From Mobula hypostoma (taxonomy: Eukaryota): a stretch of 64,000 nt of DNA. Below, one piece after another: positions 47,105-59,778 of the stretch (within the stretch, counting starts at the first letter, position 1; every line of letters begins with the position of its first letter). The DNA lies in NCBI RefSeq assembly GCF_963921235.1, contig NC_086097.1:145640001-145704000 (forward strand). The letters are read 5' to 3'. The position numbers and the translations under genes are program-made. The notes beneath the pieces were generated by a model. It worked only from the letters and a program-made list of their open reading frames with translations. It ran no database searches and had not been told where the DNA came from.

Positions 47105-48600
47105 AAATCAGAATAATTATCACTGATATATGCCATACCATTGTGGCAGCAGTTCAGTGCAAGACATGAAAAATATGACGTTTCAATAAAAAAATATATA
47201 GTGCAAAAGTAGTAGTGTTCATGGACAGTTCTGAAATCTGATGGTGAAGGGGAAGAAGCTGTTCCTAAAGTGTTGAGTTTGGGTCTTTAGGCTCCTGCAA
47301 TGAGAGGAGAGCATGTGCAATATGCTGAAGGCCCTTAATGATGAGTGCCACCTTCTGATGTCCTCAATGATGGGAAGGGTTGTGCCTGTGATGGAGTTGA
47401 AAGAGTCTACAACTCTCCGCAGTCTCCTGCAATCCTGTGCGTTGCAGCCTCCATACCAGTCTGTGACACAACCAGTCCGATTGCTCTCCACAGTACATCC
47501 ATAGAACTTCGTAAACATCTTTGGTGACATATCAAGTTTCCTCAAATTCCTAATGAAGTAGACTTGCAGGCAGTCTCTCCATGTGCTGGGTCCAGGACAG
47601 AACCTCTGAGTTGTTGATGACCAGGAACTCAAAGCTGCTCACCTTTACAGTAACTCAACTCCTCCTCTTCTGACTTCCCCTTCCAGAAGTCCATAATCAA
47701 TTCCCTGGTCTTGCTGACATTGAATGTGAGAATGTTAACGCAACATCACTCAACCAGTTGATCTCACTGCTGCATGCCTCCTCATTGCCATTTGAGATTT
47801 TACCAACATTTACAAAATTATAAATGGCATTTGAGCTGTGCTTAGCCACACAGTTACGAGCATACAGCAGAGGTGCCCCTGTATTGATCAAGGGGCATGT
47901 TATCATCAATAAAGGCCTGTTTCTGTGCTGTAGTTTTTCTATGGTTTCTATATGGTCCGGGTGCAGGTCAGTGGGACTAGGCAGAAAATGGTTCGGCACA
48001 GCCAAGAAGGGCCAAAAGGCCTGTTTCTGTGCTGTAGTTTTTCTATGGTTTCTATTTCTAATTTATACTATGGTTTTGGATGAAGATGTCAGGGATCCAG
48101 TTCCAGAGGGAAGCTTGAAGCTTGGCAATTAATACTGAGGTGATGACAGTATTGAATACTGAGCCAGAGTCAATTTTGCTGACGTCCAGGTGCTGCAGAG
48201 TAAAGAGCCAGAGCGATAGCGTCTGTTGTAGACTTGCTACAGTAGGCCCAGGTCCTCTCTCAGGCAGGAGTTGATTCTAGCCAAAACCAGCCTCTCAAAA
48301 CACTTCATTATGGTAGATGTGAATGCTACCAGACCAGTTATTGAAGCAGCTCACTCTGTCCTTTTTGGAGAGCAGAGGAAGATGGGAACCTCAAGAGGTT
48401 ATAGATGTTTTTGAACACTGCAGCCAGTCAGCACATTTTCAGTATACAGCCAGGTACACTGTCAAGGCAAATGCCTTGCAAAGTTACACCCTCTTGACTT
48501 CAGCCTCCAAAACAGAGATCACAGGGTCATGAGATGCTATGGCGATTCACATAGATGTAGTGTTACTCTCCCTTACAAAAGATGCATAAAAAGCATTGGG
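47105..48600 (-). mobile_element. Decayed Rex1/Babar-type LINE fragments
   Basis: FYGCTVES, WYGGCNAQD, FRNSFFP, VAKHSSNAIY on the minus strand. Confidence 0.7.
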
Positions 48601-48619
48601 TACATTCATGAGCGAAGTA

Positions 48620-50232
48620 CAAACCCCATTTCCAGAAAAGTTGGGATATTTTCCAAAATGCAATAAAAACAAAAATCTGTGATATGTTAATTCACGTGAA
48701 CCTTTATTTAACTGATAAAAGTACAAAGAAAAGATTTTCAATAGTTTTACTGACCAACTTAATTGTATTTTGTAAACATACACAAATTTAGAACTTGATG
48801 GCTGCAACACTCTCAACAAAAGTTGGGACAGAGGCACGTTTACCATTGTGTTATATCACCTTTCCTTTTAATAATACTTTTTAATCGTTTTGGAACTGAG
48901 GATACTAATTGTAGTAGATTTGCAATTGGAAATTTTGTCCATTCTTGCTTGATATAAGACTTCAGCTGCTCAACGGTCCGTGGTCTCAGTTGTCTGATTC
49001 TCCTCTTCATGATGCGCCATACATTTTCAATAGGAGATAGATCTGGACTGGCAGCAGGCCAGTCAAGCACACGCACTCTGTGTCTACAAAGCCACGCTGC
49101 TGTAGCCCGTGCAGAATGTGGTCTGGCATTGTCCTGCTTGAAATAAGCGTGGACGTCCCGGGAAGAGACGTCGCCTTGATGGCAACATATGTCTCACTAA
49201 AATCCTAATATGCCTCAGAGTCAATGGTACCTTCACATACATGCAACTCACCCATGCCGTGGGCACTGATGCACCCCATACCATCACAGATGCTGGCTTT
49301 TGCACCTTTCGCTGATAACAATCTGGATGGTCGTTTTCATCTTTGGCACGGAGAACTCGACGCCCGTTTTTTCCGAAAACTAGCTGAAATGTGGACTCAC
49401 CTGACCACAGCACACGGTTCCACAGTCTTTCGGTCCATCTGAGATGAGCTCGGGCCCAGAGAACTCGCCGGCGTTTCTGCATAGAGTTGATGTATGGCTT
49501 CCTCCTTGCATAATACAGTTTCAAGTTGCATTTCTGGATGCAGCGACAGACTGTGTTGAGTGACAATAGTTTTCCGAAGTACTCCCAAGCCCAGGTGGCT
49601 GTAATTGTCACAGTGGCATGACGGTTTCTTAAGCAGTGCCACCTGAGGGCTCGGAGATCGCACACATTCAACAGTGGTTTCCAACCTTGCCCTTTACGCA
49701 CTGAGATGTCTCCGAATTCTCTGAATCTTTTCACAATATTATGTAATATATTATTTCAATATGATGTTGGAAGACCTAAATTCTCTGCAATCTTGTGTTG
49801 AGAAATGTTCCTTTTGAACTGACTAACAATTCTCTTACGAATTTTGGCACGAAGGGGTGAGCCATGACCCATCCTTGCTTGCAAAGACTGAGCCTTTGAT
49901 GGATGCTACTTTTATACCCAGTCATGATACCTCACCTGCTACCAATTAGCCTGCTTAATGGGAGTCCTCCAAACCAGTGTTACTTGAATATTCTGTGCAC
50001 TTTTCAATCTTATTTTAACTCTGTCCCAACTTTTGTTGAGTGTGTTGCAGCCATCAAATTCAAGATTTCTGTATGTTTACAAAATACAATTAAGCTGGTC
50101 AGTAAAACTATTGAAAATCTTTTCTTTGTACTTTTGTCAGTTAAACAAAGGTTCACATGAATTAACATATCACAGATTTTTGTTTTTATTGCATTTTGGA
50201 AAATATCCCAACTTTTCTGGAAATGGGGTTTG
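48620..50232 (-). mobile_element. Full-length Tc1 (DD34E) transposon with frameshifted transposase
   Basis: ~215-bp TIRs CAAACCCCATTTCCAGAAAAGTTGGG, TA on both sides; YARRKPY, VLWSGES, SVMVWG, WPAASPDLSPIE. Confidence 0.95.
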
Positions 50233-50249
50233 TACCATTGCAATTTATA

Positions 50250-50383
50250 CTCGCAAACAGAAGGAAATCTGCAGATGCTGGAATTTCAAGCAACACACAT
50301 AAAAGTTGCTGGTGAATGCAGCAGGCCAGGCAGCATCTCTAGGAAGAGGTACAGTCGACATTTCGGACCGAGACCCTTCGTCA
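50250..50383 (-). mobile_element. Penelope-like terminal fragment truncated inside the hammerhead core (copy E)
   Basis: Near-identical to copy C; 8-bp flanking repeat CAATTTAT. Confidence 0.75.
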
Positions 50384-50769
50384 ATTTATGCTGTTAGGAT
50401 TTGCTTTATTGGAAGTAATGGCACAAAAATCCTGCGCAGCTGTTGTGCATCTGACTGTGTCTCAAATTTCACAGTTGCCTTTTCAGTCTCATAATGGTCT
50501 TCCGCAGGTTGTACCCGGACTTCTTGTAAGATTCTGGACCACGGATCTAGCCTTCAGTAGACTAAATCTCCTGGTTTATCCAGGGTTTCTTGTTTGGAAA
50601 AACTGAGCGTGTTCTTCAAGGCACACACTCGTTCATACAGGTCTTGACAAAGTTAGTGATTGCTGTGGCAGATTCATTCACATCCAAAAATGAATCCCTG
50701 AAATACAGTCCAGTTCATTCACTGATTCAAAGCAATCCTGTAAACACTCCTCCCCTTCCCTTGACTATA

Positions 50770-52663
50770 CAGTGCCTATATAAAAAAATAGTATTCACAC
50801 ACTTGGAAGTTTTCATGTTTTATTGTTCTACAACATTGAATCAGAGTGGATTTAATTTGGCTTTTTTGACACTAGTCAACAGAAAAAACTCTTGTATCAA
50901 AGTGAAAACAAATTTCTACAAATGGTCTAAATGTATTACAATTATTAAACACAAAATAACTAATAGCATAATTATTCACCCACTTCAAGTCAGTATTTAA
51001 TAGATGCACTTTTGGCAGCAATTACAGCCTTGAGTCTGTGTGGGTAGGTCTCCAATCAGTTTTACACATCTGGACACGACAAATTTTCCACATTCTTTAC
51101 AAAACTGCTCGAGCTCTGTCAGATTGCGTGGGGATCATGAGTGAACAGCCCTTTTCAAGTCCAGCCAGAAATTCTCAATTGCATTGAGGTTTGGACTCTG
51201 ACTTGGTCACTCTAGGACATTAACTTTGTTGTTTTTAAGCCATTCCCGTGTTGCTTTGGCTTTATGCTTGGAGTCACTGGCTTAGTGGAAAACAAATCTT
51301 TTCCCAAGTCACATTTCTCTTGCAGACTGCGTCAGGTTTTCCTCCAGGAATTCCCTGTTTTTTTTCTGCATTCATTTTGCCCTCTATCTTCACAAGCCTT
51401 CCAGGGCCTGCTGCAGTGAAGCTTTCCCACAGCATGATGCAGCCACCAGCATGCTTCACAGTAGGGACGGTGTATTTTTGATGATGTGCGGTGTTTGGCT
51501 TTTGCCAAACATAGCGTTTAATCTGATGGCCAAAAATCTCAATTTTGGTTTCATGAGACCATAGAACCTGCTTCCAGCTGACTTCAGATTCTCCCACATG
51601 CCTTCTGGCAAATGCTAGCCAAGATTTCATTAGTCCCCTTCTTGCACAGTCACTCAGTTTTTGAGAACTGCCTGCTCTATGCAGATTTACAGCTGTGCCA
51701 TATTCTTTCCCTTCATTGATGATTGACTTAACTGTACTCCAGGGATATTCAGTGACTTGGAAATTTTCTTGTATCCATCTCCTGAAAAAATAACCTTTCT
51801 GCAGAGTTGCTTGGAGTGTTCTTTTGTCTTCACAGTGTGGTTTTTGCCAGACTACTGACTCACCAGCAGTTGGACCTTCCAGATACAGGTGTATTTTTAC
51901 TACAATCAGTTGAAACACCTTGACTGCACACAGGTCTCCAAAAAGAGATCTCCATTTAACTAATTATGTGACTGCTAAAACCAATTGGGTGCAGCAGTAA
52001 TGATATGGTGTGTCATATCAAAAGAGGTGAGTGCTATCCTCATGGAACCAGCCACTCCAGTATTACCCAGACCAGACACCTGACCCTGACTGAGCTGGAA
52101 GGGCAGCGTCTCGCCCCGCCACCCCCAACCCCCCACCCTCCCGGCAAGTTGCTTGGTCTGCGCCTACGTGGGAGAGGCCAATGGTGTCTGGGTGGGGGGG
52201 CAGCACTGCCCCGCTCTTGTCTTTGTGACCTAGGGGTCCGCCCAGGCCAGGCGAGACAGTGTCTGCATGCTACCAGGTGAGATGCACCTTGGGGTGGCAT
52301 CTGGGTTCTGTCAGGCAAGAAAGTATCCGGGTTCAGTCAGAGGAGGCAGTATCTTCTGATTCATGGCTCCTTCCCCCATTTTTTTTTTAATTTTTCATTT
52401 TGACTGTTGAGTTTTTTTCTCATTAAAGTACAATTTATATTTAAAAAGAGGTGAGTGCTTCTGCAATCAATTATTTTGTGTTTTATATCTGTAATTAATT
52501 TAGATCACTTAGTAGAGATCAGCTTTCACTTTGAGACGAAAAGTCTTTTTCTGTTAATCAATGTCAAAAAAAAAAGCCAAATTAAATCCACTGTGATTCA
52601 ATATTGTAAAATAATAAAATACAAAAAACTTCCAAAGGGGGTGAATACTTCTTACAGGCACTG
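50770..52663 (-). mobile_element. Tc1 transposon, degenerate, carrying a nested retrocopy
   Basis: TA+CAGTGCCT...AGGCACTG+TA; VLWSHETKIEIFG and PTVKHAGGCIMLW motifs. Confidence 0.9.
52036..52443 (+). other. GC-rich retroposed insert with a 16-bp TSD, source unknown
   Basis: AAAAGAGGTGAGTGCT at 52020-52035 and 52444-52459; ATTAAA at 52422. Confidence 0.8.
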
Positions 52664-53654
52664 TATCACGCCACTGGTACCACATAGTGCTGTGATCTTC
52701 AACCTCTGCCCAAATGCTGGGCATACAGCCAGGGGACTGGACTTGCCCAAGTTCAGGCACAGCATTCTCGATGGTATTGCTGATTGAGTGTGTTGGTTCC
52801 TCTGGTGACACGTTGGGAGACAGTTTGTCAGAGACTGTTTTATTTTGACATACAGCACAGTAACAAGCCCTTCTGGCCCAACATGCCTACGCCTCCTAAT
52901 TACACCCATGTGACAAATTATTAACCAGTAGATCTACTGAATGGAGGAGGAAACCAGAGAAGGGGACACAGGGAAAAGGTACAAACTCCTTACAGACAGC
53001 AGCGGAATTGAACTACGCTGTAATAGCGTTACGCTAACCTCTACTCTACTTTCTTCAAATTCAAATTGGCCTTCCTGAAATCCACCGCACCCCCCCCCCC
53101 CCCGCAATGATTGGGAAGGCATCAGTGTGCACAGTCTCACGACTATTGATCACTTTGCACAGCTCCTCCAGTGCCAGCTTAACACTTGCTAAGGGTGGCA
53201 TGTTCACCACTACCAGGATGACAGTAGAGAGCTGCCTCAGCAGGTAGAACAAATGACATTTGACTACCAGATGCTCCAGGTTGGGGGAACAGGACTGAAT
53301 CAGAACTGCCACATTATACACCACACTGAGTTAATGATGGAGTCAATGCCTTTATCCAATGTCACTATTCAGTCCATGTGGTGGACATGAACCCCCTCAG
53401 GCTGGAGCGCTGAAATAAGCTTCATCTCTATAAAGTAGAGGGTACAACAGTTCTGATGCCCCTCTGTTACTGCAATCCATTCCTCTGAGATTATAAGTTT
53501 TATTTTCCAGATACTGTATATTAGCCAGAAAGATGATTGGGTGGGTGTAGGGGTAAAGGTCACTTAGGGTATTTCAGTTTCCTGTAGTGCTTCCCATCCT
53601 TCTCTTCACTCTTAGAATAAAATCTGGAGAGACAGATTCAGATAACGGAATCCT

Positions 53655-53836
53655 AGAGCAACAAACAAGATGCTGGAGGAGTTCACTGGGCCAGGCAGCA
53701 TCCGTGGTGGGGGGGGGGGGGGATTGAATATTCAACCTTTCAGGGCAAGACCCTCAATTTGAAATATTGACTGTCCATTTCCCTCCTCAAATGCTCCCTA
53801 ACCCACTGAGTTCCTCCAGCATCTTGTAAGTTGCTT
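53655..53836. mobile_element. Old foldback Penelope-like pair (copy F), hammerhead core decayed
   Basis: AAGATGCTGGAGGA ... TCCTCCAGCATCTT inverted arms. Confidence 0.6.
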
Positions 53837-54799
53837 CAACATTTCCTGGGATAGAGAATTTCTAAGAGTCACAGTTCTTAGAGGATAAACTTTTCTCCGT
53901 GTCTTAAAAGGGCAATTTCTCCATTCTGAATCTATACACCTCATTTCCAATTTTTTTCCCCCATGAGTGGAAGAGCTCCCAGCATTTAAAAAGGTGGCAG
54001 TACAGTCCAATGCAAGGAGGGATTTGATCTTGAGGTCGTCCAGAGCTCCATGGAAGTTGTGTAGTACAAGGTCAAACACAGGCAAAAAAAAATTGCCTCC
54101 CGGTTATCACTTACCATTCTCCCACGGCTAATTAATAGGTATTTCTCAATGTTGATGAATACATAGAGGCATAGTACAATGAGTACTTTCAAGCATATTT
54201 CACCACTGTCTATTTGTTTCATTCTTCACTCCATTAGTAAGTCAGCGAACCAATTGCTGACTTGGTAATGGAGTGAAGGGAGTGTGCATGAGGGAATGAT
54301 GTAAATCATGCCAAAAATTTCTAAAATTAAGATTCCAACAGTGCAAACAGTTTTACATATTCCAAGTGGTGAAAACAGCATACAAAAGAGCCTACCAAGT
54401 GAACAAATAAATTAGATCCAAATTCCAAGCTGATACATTTTATCCTAAATGGTGAACAACTGAAGAGCCTGTGAAGACAACTCCAAATTATGACCATTCA
54501 CAGTAATGCCAGTATCTACAATGAGAAATTCAGAGACAAGTTTTAAGGATTTATTCCACCTCCAGAGGCATCAGCAGGATGCCCATTTTGGCAAATTCCT
54601 GGGAATGAAGTACTGCAAAAGCTAATTTTCAGGTGACTAACTGACTGAGGACTGGACACAGGGGAGACCATTGCACAGGTCGACCTTCTATAATCCGGCA
54701 CCACTGGGACCTGAGGAGTGCCGGATTAGTGAAAATGCCGAATTACAGAAGGATCACATTAAGCAATAGCTAACCGCCTCATCATACCTTTTAAAATAT

Positions 54800-55126
54800 C
54801 AAAGGATTCAAAGGTTCATTTAATGTCAGAGAAATGTATACAATATACATCCTGAAATGCTTTTTCTTCGCAACCATCTACGAAAACAGAGGAATGCCCC
54901 AAAGAATGAACGACAGTTAAATGTTAGAACCCCTAAGTTCCCCACCCCCCCGGCTCCCCTCCCTCCTGCACGTAAGCGGCAGCGAGCAACAATATCCCTC
55001 CAACACTGGCCAAAAAAAAAGCGCACCCGCTACCAGCACTCAAGCATGAGCTAAGCGAAAGCAAAGACACAGACTTGCAGTTACCCCAAAGACTACATTG
55101 CACTCACAGTTACTGAGGGAATCCTT

Positions 55127-55169
<43 letters not shown>

Positions 55170-55349
55170 AGGTCACCACGTCTGATCTGAGGTCGTAGGC
55201 AGAAGAGAACGGAGTGCCGGCCGGGCAATGCTGGAGGGTAGTGCGCGACTGCCGGCAGGCGGGCGAGAAGACAGACCGACCCAGCGCGCGCCAGATCCCC
55301 CACCACTGGCGGGTGAGATAGGCGGGTGCCGGGCGGCCGTGCCGCACGC
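54800..55349 (-). mobile_element. Chimeric retroposon: ITS2-like segment + 28S 5' end + LINE-type 3' tail
   Basis: AAATAT flanks both sides (54794-54799, 55350-55355); ends ATTAAATGAACCTTTGAATCCTTTG on the minus strand. Confidence 0.72.
55101..55196 (-). rRNA. 28S rRNA 5'-end fragment (non-functional copy)
   Basis: ACGACCTCAGATCAGACGTGGTGACCTGCTGAATTTAAGCATATTACTAAGCGGAGGAAAAGAAACTAACAAGGATTCCCTCAGTAAC is the conserved LSU 5' sequence. Confidence 0.92.
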
Positions 55350-56003
55350 AAATATTAATAAATGCAAGAAAACAAGCAGGAATCGTCTGTCTGTGCTTAC
55401 AAGAGCGTGCCAACACATGAACAGATCTAGCACAACCAAAACAATGCACAGCAGATTCGTACAGTGGCCCGGAAGATTTGAAATTACAGTTGCGCGGAAA
55501 ATTTGAAATCAGTGCGGATTAACGAAGGAACTGGATTACAGGTAATCTGATTATAGAAGGTCGATCTGTACCAACAAATATCCTGCCTATAATTCTGATG
55601 ACATTCACTCTGGAGCTAACAAGTTCTCTAGCCAAGCTACTCCTTTTCTTTTTCTTTTTAAATCTTTTTATTGAGTAAGTATACAAAAAAGGTAAGCCAT
55701 ATAAACATTAATACAATGTTAAAGTATAATAAAATTCCAAAAGATAACAATACCAAAAAGAAAATACTACAAACAATGTAATTTAAGCATAAGAAACCAA
55801 GATAACATAATAGTATACTAGATTTTATATATATCAATGGAAAAAAAGAAAAAAAAAACCCCAAAAAAAAACCCACCGTGCAACTAACTAAAAGCAAAGC
55901 AAAGCAATGGGCTAACTTGAAACCAAACAGAGTTAAACTTAAAATCACGTCCTCAATCCCGACCTCCATTAAAACAGTGAAAAAAAAACAATAAGGGTAA
56001 ATA

Positions 56004-59000
56004 TTACATTAAATGAAAATATCGAATAAAAGGTCCCCAAATCTGTTCAAATTTAAATGAAGAATCATAAAGGTTACTTCTAATTTTCTCCAGATTCAAA
56101 CATAAAATCGTCTGAGAAAACCAAAAAAAGGTAGTTGGAGCATTAAGCTCTTTCCAATGTTGTAAAATACATCTTTTCGCCATTAAAGTAAGAAATGCAA
56201 TCATTCTACGGGCTGAAGGGGAAAGATTACTAGAAATTTTAGGTAGTCCAAAGATAGCAGTAATAGGGTGAGGAGAGATATCTATATTTAATACCTTAGA
56301 AATAATATTGAAAATATCTCTCCAAAAAGTTTCCAAAGTAGGGCAAGACCAAAACATATGAGTTAAAGAGGCTATCTGCCCCAAACATCTATCACAGAAA
56401 GGATTAATATGCGAGTAAAAACGCGCTAACTTATCTTTGGACATACGTGCTCTATGAACCACTTTAAATTGAATTAGGGAATGTTTAGCACAAATAGAGG
56501 AAGTATTAACTAATTGTAAAATCTGCCCCCAATCATCCACAGAAATGGTAAGCCCCAATTCCTGTTCCCAATCTACCCTAATCTTATCAAATGGAGCTTT
56601 CCTAAGTTTCATAATATTATAAATCATAGCCGATGCACCTTTCTGACATGGATTAAGGTTAATTATCGAATCTAAAATATATATAGGAGGAAGCATTGGA
56701 AAGGAAGAAAGTATAGTACTTAGGAAATTTCTAACTTGTAAATATCTAAAAAAATGTATTCTTGATAAGTTATATTTATTAGATAATTGTTCAAAAGACA
56801 TAAGGGAACCATCTAAAAATAAATCCAAAAACCGTAAAATACCCTTAGTCTTCCAAGTTTGAAAAGCGCGATCCGTAAAAGAGGGAGGAAAAAATATGTT
56901 ACCTAAAATAGGAATCGCTAACCCGAATTGATTAAGATCAAAAAATTTTCTGAATTGAAACCAAATACGCAAAGCATATTTAACGATCGGGTTAGAGACC
57001 TGCTTAAGGCGTTTCGAATCAAAAGGAAGAGATGAACCTAAAATAGAACCAAGTGTATAACCCTGAACAGATTGTAATTCCAATGCTACCCATTTAGGAA
57101 TAGATAGTATGTCCCGGTCAAGTAACCAAAATTTCATATGTCGAATATTAATAGCCCAATAATAAAATCTAAAGTTAGGTAATGCTAAACCTCCATCTCT
57201 CTTAGCTTTCTGTAAATGTATTTTACCCAGTCTCGGATTCTTATTCTGCCAAATAAATGAAGAAATTTTAGAGTCGACTTTATCAAAAAAAGATTTAGGA
57301 ACGAAAATTGGTAATGCCTGAAACACATATAAAAATTTTGGCAAAAAAAACATCTTAACTGCATTAATACGACCAATCAAAGTTAAATATAAGGGAAACC
57401 ATTTAGATGAAAGTTGAGTAATATGGTCTATTAATGGTAAAAAGTTAGTCTTAAATAAATCTTTATGTTTACAAGTAATTTTAATCCCAAGATATGAAAG
57501 GTAATTATTAATCAATTTAAATGGAAATTTATAATATAAGGGAAGATGTTTATTAATCGGAAAAAGTTCACTCTTACTAAGATTTAATTCATAACCTGAG
57601 AAAAGACCAAATTGCGCTAATAACTCTAAAACAGCAGGAATAGATCTCTCAGGATTAGAAATATATAAAAGTAAATCATCAGCATAGAGTGATAATTTAT
57701 GGGACTTTAATCCCCGAGTTATCCCAGTAATATTTGAAGATTCTCGAATAGCAATTGCAAGAGGTTCTAATGCAATATCAAATAATAGGGGACTAAGAGG
57801 ACAGCCTTGTCGAGTACCACGAAAGAGAGGAAAAAAAGGTGAATTTAAAGAGTTAGTACGAACCGAGGCTACAGGGGAGTGATATAACAGTTTAATCCAG
57901 GATATAAATTTCAAGCTAAAATTAAACATTTCAAGCACCTTAAATAAATAAGGCCATTCTACTCTATCAAAAGCTTTCTCGGCATCTAAAGAAATAACAC
58001 ACTCAGGAACATTTTGTGAGGGAGTATAAACGATATTTAACAATGTACGAATATTATAAAAAGAGTAACGACCTTTAATAAAACCCGTTTGGTCTTCCGA
58101 AATAATAGAAGGAAGTACTTTTTCTAGTCTATTTGCTAATAACTTAGAAAAAACTTTAGAATCAACATTTAATAAAGATATTGGTCTATAAGATGCACAT
58201 TGAGCAGGGTCTTTATCCTTCTTTAGTATTAAAGAAATTGATGCTCTATTAAAAGATTCCGGAAGTTTACCAAGTTTCAAAGAAGCCTCAAAAACTTTAT
58301 AGAGCCAAGGAATCAATAAAGAAGCAAAACATTTATAAAATTCAACGGTAAACCCATCAGGGCCAGGAGCTTTCCCCAGATTCATAGAAAAAATAACATT
58401 CTTAATCTCATCCATTGTAATGGAAGTATCTAATAAAGAAGACATATCCTGTGAAATCTGAGGGAAGTCTAACTTATCTAAAAAATCATTCATATATTTA
58501 GAATCTCGAGGAGACTCTGATTGATATAAAGAAGAATAAAAATCACAAAAGGTTTGATTAATCCCCACATGATCCAATATCAATCGATCATTTTGGTTAT
58601 AAATCTGATTGATTTGAGATTTAACATAATTAGATTTCAATTGATTAGCCAGCAGCTTGCCAATTTTATCACTGTGAACATAAAAATCACTTCTTGTTTT
58701 CTTTAATTGGTTTACAATCGAGGACGAGAGTAGTAAACTGTGTTCCATTTGAAGTTCAGTTCTTTGTTTGTATAGCTCCTCAGAAGGAGCCATAACATAT
58801 TTCTTATCAATTTCTTTAATCTTGTCCACAATTGCCATCTCCTCCTGCTTCTGTTTCTTCCTCAAAGCAACGGAATACGAAATAATCTGACCCCGAATAT
58901 AGGCTTTAAAAGTGTCCCAAAGAGTGTTAACCGAAATATCTTCTGTATGGTTAATTGTAAAAAAAAAGCTCAATCTGTTCATTCATAAAATTAACAAAGT

Positions 59001-59778
59001 CCGAGTCCTGAAGCAACAGCGAATTAAAACGCCATTGTCTATTGTTTGGTATATTGGCCATAATTTTAATAGAAAGCTTAAGTGGAGTATGATCCGAAAT
59101 GGTTATAGAATCATAATCACATTTAATCACTGAAGGAATGAGACGAGAATCAATAAAAAAATAATCAATTCTTGAATAGGAATGATGAACATGTGAAAAA
59201 AAGGAAAAATCTTTTTCCTGAGGATGCAGAAAACGCCAAATGTCTGTCGACCCAGAATCAGAAAGGAAAAAATTAATCAAATTTGCAGATTTATTAGGTA
59301 AAGTCCGTAAAGGAGCCGAACGGTCCAAAGCTGGAGATAAACAGGTATTAAGATCTCCGCCCCAAATCAATGAAAACTCGTTCAAATTCGGAAACTGATC
59401 AAACAATGATTTATAAAATTCCGGACAATCCATATTAGGAGCATAAACATTAACCAAAACTACTTTTTTATTAAATAGTAAACCACTAACCAATAAAAAT
59501 CTACCATTCGGATCAGAGATAATATCCTGTTGTATAAAAGTAACTGAGGAATCTATAAAAATAGAGACGCCTCGAATCTTAGCATTGGAGTTCGAATGAA
59601 ATTGTTGTCCCTTCCAGAATTTGAAAAAACGTAGTCTGTCCCCCCTCCGTACATGGGTCTCTTGTAAAAATAAAATTTGTACTTTAAGTCTCCGGAACAC
59701 TTTAAAAACTTTTTTTCTTTTAATAGGATGATTAAGACCATTAGTATTCCAGGAGACAAAATTAATAATAGACTCCAT
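56004..59778 (-). pseudogene. L1 ORF2p (APE endonuclease, RT, CCHC), single extra T at 58959-58967
   Basis: [49 protein letters not shown]; removing one T joins ORFs 58951..59832 and 56004..58982. Confidence 0.92.

Larger units (their letters stand above)
54676..55568. mobile_element. Mariner/pogo-type MITE hosting a chimeric retroposon
   Basis: TIRs CAGGTCGACCTTCTATAATC / GATTATAGAAGGTCGATCTG followed by TA. Confidence 0.8.

Noticed and set aside
55101..55196. Functional rDNA unit
   Set aside because: Only ~96 nt of 28S; no 18S, 5.8S or remaining 28S
55040..55351. 103-aa ORF containing LRPQIRRGDLLNLSILLSGGKETN
   Set aside because: A translation of the 28S rRNA fragment, not a protein
55658..55969. 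Hydrophobic 103-aa ORF resembling a membrane protein
   Set aside because: T-rich L1 3' UTR producing Phe/Leu codons
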